A DNA stretch of 62,396 nt, from NCBI GenBank assembly GCA_944358525.1, contig CALVRI010000004.1:1-62396 (forward strand), given 5' to 3'. The translations under genes and the position numbers were made by a program. This DNA comes from an uncultured Bacilli bacterium. Lineage in GTDB: Bacteria > Bacillota_I > Bacilli_A > RF39 > UBA660. Shown here in pieces: positions 59,477-62,396 of this stretch; position 1 is the stretch's first letter, and each line of letters starts with the position of its first letter. Below the pieces are notes generated by a model that searched no databases, had not been told where the DNA came from, and was given only the letters and a program-made list of their open reading frames with translations.

Positions 59477-60607
59477 ATTTTACGTCAAAAATGTGTTAAG
59501 TATGTTTATATATAATGTATTAGATAAAGAGGTTAATGATTTAAAATGAGTAAGTTATAATTATGGTTTACCTTTTAAAAAAATTAGACTAGTATGGAAT
59601 AATAGTGCCAAACGGAACTAATTTATCAAAATCGTTATCAGTATAATATTTTATTTTATTTTATTAATTTGCTATTTCTTTGAAAAATAAATTTTATTTA
59701 TTCTTTATTGTCTATGAAATATAAAATCATATATTATTATTGAAAATGTCAAAAAACGTTATTTTTTCTCTAAAAATATTATATCCTGTTTTCAATAATT
59801 ATGTAACTGTTTTTATAACAACAGATGTTCGAACCAATGTACGGTTTTAACTTTACTTATGAAAAAGTGTGTGTTATAGTGGATTTGAATGTAGGAGTTA
59901 GAAAGGAATGTTAGGGAAAATAATATACTTATATATAAATCTAGTGATGGAACTATAAAAGTTGATGTAAATCTTGTAAATGAGGATATGTGGCTTAGTC
60001 AGAATATGATGGCTAAACTTTATGGTACGACTAAGAATAATATATCTATGCATTTAAAAAATATATTTTTGGAAGGTGAGCTTGATAAAAAATCAGTTGT
60101 TAAGAAAATCTTAACAACTGTTGGTGATAATAAAAACTATAGTGTTTATCATTATAATTTAGATGCTGTGATTGCTGTGGGTTATAGGATTAATTCTAAA
60201 AAGGCAACAGAATTTAGAATTTGGGCAACAAAAGTGTTAAAGGAGTATATGATAAAAGGCTTTGTTTTGAACGATGAGAAACTTAAAAATAATGAAGAGA
60301 GTGTATATTTTGAAGAGTTATTAGCTCGAATTCGTGATATTCGGTCATCTGAAAAGGTTTTTTGGCGAAAGGTTTTGGATATTTATGCAACAAGTATTGA
60401 CTATGATCCAAAAAGTGAGCTTTCAGTAAAATTTTTTAAGACTGTTCAAAATAAGATGCATTATGCAGCGCATGGGCATACAGAGGCTGAAGTAATTTTT
60501 TATTTACTAGGAATTTGCTTTGTAAAAGGTAAAAGTTTGCAAGAAGTTATTTACAAGAACGTTTGTATGTGCTATAGTGGATATATCAAAAAATAGAAGG
60601 TGATGCT

Positions 60608-61756
60608 ATGAAAATATTAAAAGGCTATGTGTTTAGAATGTATCCAACTGAAAAGCAAGAGGAACTAATTAATAAAACTATTGGCTGCTCTAGATTTATA
60701 TATAATCATTTTTTGGATGATAAAATTAAAGAATATAAAAAAACTGGCAAAAGTAAAACAGCTTATGACCAAATTAAATTAATACCATCACTTTCTAAAG
60801 AAAAACCATGGCTAAAGGAAGTAGATAGTTGCGCACTTAGAAATAGTCTATTTAATTTAGAAGATGCTTATAAAAGATTTTATAATGGAAATGGTTATCC
60901 TAAATTCAAAGCTAAAGGAGTACATGAAAGTTATAAAACTAATAATATTAAAAGTAGTTATAAAGGAAATAATTATAATAGTATTAAACTAGATTTAAAA
61001 AATAAAACAATAACATTACCAAAATTAAAAGAAGTAAAGATAAGAGGATATAGAAATAAAAATATTATACCTGGTGAGGTAAAAAGTGTAGTAGTTAAAA
61101 AAGATGCCGGCAAGTATTATGTAAGTGTATTAACCAACGAAGAATTAATCAAACCAACTTTTGTACCTACAAGTATAATAGGAATAGATTTAGGAATAAA
61201 AGATTTAATAGTAACATCATTTAATGAGAAAATAGAAAATAATATAAAACTTAACACTAAAAGAATGGTAGGTTTACAACGAGGCTTAGCTAGATGTAAA
61301 AAAGGAAGTAAAAACAGATATAAAATGAAACTTAAAATCCAAAGATTATATCAAAAAATAAAAAATGCAAGAAAACATATGATACATGATATAACAAATA
61401 AACTAATAAATGAAAATGACATTATAGTAACTGAGAATTTAGATGTTAAAGGAATGCAGAAAAATCACTATGTGGCAAAAGGCTTAAATGAAAACCCAAT
61501 ATCAGAAATAATCAGAGTACTTAAATATAAAGCTGATTGGAATAACAAAAGAATAATACAAATAGACAGATATTATCCGAGTAGTCAAATATGTAATGTT
61601 TGCAATTATCAAAATAAGGAAGTAAAAGATTTAAGTATAAGAAATTGGGAATGTCCAGTATGTCATACAGAGCATGAACGTGATTATAATGCAGCAGTTA
61701 ATATAATGTTTAAAGGTTTAGAAAAATACATGTTATATCTAGAGCAATCTATCTAA
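60608..61756 (+). CDS. tnpB: TnpB (OrfB_IS605) RNA-guided endonuclease
   Basis: 382 aa with LKGYVFRMYPTEKQ N-terminus, RuvC residues in IGIDLGIKD, IVTENLDVKGM and ERDYNAAVNI, and the Zn finger CNVCN...CPVCH. Confidence 0.92.
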   Translation: MKILKGYVFRMYPTEKQEELINKTIGCSRFIYNHFLDDKIKEYKKTGKSKTAYDQIKLIPSLSKEKPWLKEVDSCALRNSLFNLEDAYKRFYNGNGYPKFKAKGVHESYKTNNIKSSYKGNNYNSIKLDLKNKTITLPKLKEVKIRGYRNKNIIPGEVKSVVVKKDAGKYYVSVLTNEELIKPTFVPTSIIGIDLGIKDLIVTSFNEKIENNIKLNTKRMVGLQRGLARCKKGSKNRYKMKLKIQRLYQKIKNARKHMIHDITNKLINENDIIVTENLDVKGMQKNHYVAKGLNENPISEIIRVLKYKADWNNKRIIQIDRYYPSSQICNVCNYQNKEVKDLSIRNWECPVCHTEHERDYNAAVNIMFKGLEKYMLYLEQSI

Positions 61757-61897
61757 TCATAAATTTTGACATAAATAAAATATAAATTAGGGTAGCGACT
61801 ATCCGATACTGGTCTATGGAGAAGCCTAAGGCTGCTATGAAGTAGAAAGAGCTTACCGTGAGGTAAGCTAATGTCAAAATTTATTTTGGCATTTTGT
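61757..61897 (+). ncRNA. Predicted omega-RNA (reRNA) scaffold of the TnpB element; its 5' end probably lies inside the tnpB 3' end
   Basis: The noncoding right end has hairpins AGCC-TAA-GGCT (61823-61833) and GCTTACC-GTGA-GGTAAGC (61851-61868). It is conserved in the mini copy with a compensatory change. Confidence 0.45.
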
Positions 61898-62284
61898 TCT
61901 AGAGTTGACAGCAATAAAGAAAATTTAGGACTTACTAATTTTAATGGAGATTATCCAACTAGAAAAGAAACGGAGGTTGCTAAAAATTATTTATCTGCGG
62001 ATGAACTTAATATTTTAAATAGAATGGTTTCAGCATATTTGGATGTAGCAGAAATTAATGCTTTAGATAGGCATCCTATGACTATGCAAGACTGGTTAAA
62101 TGAATTAGACATGTTTTTAAAGATGACTAAAAAAGATATTTTGAAATCTAGCGGGGTTATATCTCATAAGAAAGCTTTAAGAAAAGCTCATGCGGAATAT
62201 GATAAATATATGCAAAATCATTTAACTAGAGCCGAGAAAGATTATTTGGATGTATTAAATAAAGAGGTTAATGATTTGAAATGA

Positions 62285-62313
62285 GTAAACTTTTAAATAG
62301 GTTTACTTTTTTT
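62285..62313 (+). terminator. rhuM terminator
   Basis: GTAAAC-TTTTAAATAG-GTTTAC followed by TTTTTTT. Confidence 0.65.
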
Positions 62314-62345
62314 GAAAGTTTTTGTTAAAAAAGTGATAAAAAGTG

Positions 62346-62374
62346 TTGATTTTCATATATTTTTATTGTATAAT
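62346..62374 (+). promoter_or_regulatory. Outward-facing promoter at window end
   Basis: TTGATT (62346-62351), 17 nt spacer, TATAAT (62369-62374). Its target lies beyond the window. Confidence 0.45.
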
Positions 62375-62396
62375 TTTGAGTGTGTGACGTGCTTAG

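Larger units (their letters stand above)
60501..61897 (+). mobile_element. IS200/IS605-family element carrying tnpB only (IS1341-like)
   Basis: A 1.4-kb block interrupts rhuM. Removing 60501-61897 joins EVIF to SRVDSNK in frame. The block contains an intact tnpB and no Y1 transposase. The ends match the mini copy at 41130-41428. The ends are uncertain by a few nt because of flanking T-runs. Confidence 0.8.
59908..62284 (+). pseudogene. rhuM: RhuM-family gene disrupted by IS insertion (and probably by a frameshift)
   Basis: 59988-60500 (…YHYNLDAVIAVGYRINSKKATEFRIWATKVLKEYMIKGF…HGHTEAEVIF) and 61898-62284 (SRVDSNKENLGLTNF…) are the two halves of one RhuM-like protein. The family-conserved N-terminus (NNILIYKSSDGTIKVDV) lies upstream of the first in-frame ATG, in a different frame from the RBS-linked ATG at 59908. 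Confidence 0.7.

Noticed and set aside
59590-59890. A long AT-rich spacer upstream of rhuM as a possible ncRNA or small-gene region.
   Set aside because: I found no convincing promoter-terminator pair, stable stems or RBS-linked ORF by eye. It is probably decayed DNA associated with the rhuM rearrangements. It is left unannotated.

Overview
This is a very AT-rich, low-GC Firmicute chromosomal segment centred on the replication origin. The left arm is on the minus strand: gyrA (truncated), gyrB, recF, a ComK-family gene, dnaN and dnaA. DnaA-box clusters lie on both sides of dnaA, giving a bipartite oriC at about 5.2 kb and 6.7-7.0 kb. The right arm is almost entirely on the plus strand. It carries rpmH-rnpA-yidC-jag, mnmE-mnmG-rsmG with a ParB-like gene, dapF, an OpuC-type ABC transporter and a MerR-controlled flavodoxin/CMD/cupin operon. 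It continues with uvrB, lgt-trxB-yvcK-whiA, DHH-rplI-dnaB, an M23 peptidase with yycJ and rlmH, spoIIR, mntP, murA, rpmE, gpsA (minus strand) and a UbiB-type kinase. The standard genetic code, spoIIR, comK and the gene order suggest a spore-forming Erysipelotrichia- or Clostridia-like organism; this is inference only. I saw no rRNA, tRNA or CRISPR array.

The accessory or unusual content is:
1. A radical SAM/SPASM gene is translationally coupled to a DUF2207 membrane protein that ends in a Cys/Gly/Ser micro-repeat. I rank this as the best candidate for an undescribed maturation system.
2. An unannotated type I toxin-antitoxin-like locus lies in the mnmE-mnmG gap.
3. A TnpB-only IS200/IS605-family element splits a rhuM gene, and a 0.3-kb internally deleted copy keeps the omega-RNA region.
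4. Two divergent XRE/surface-protein cassettes share a leader that is nearly identical at the nucleotide level.
5. A collagen-like (G-X-Y)n protein is present.
6. An orphan ParB has a very long low-complexity linker.
7. Two promoters are preceded by 22-23 bp phased direct repeats.

All family names come from recalled consensus motifs. No database search was run.
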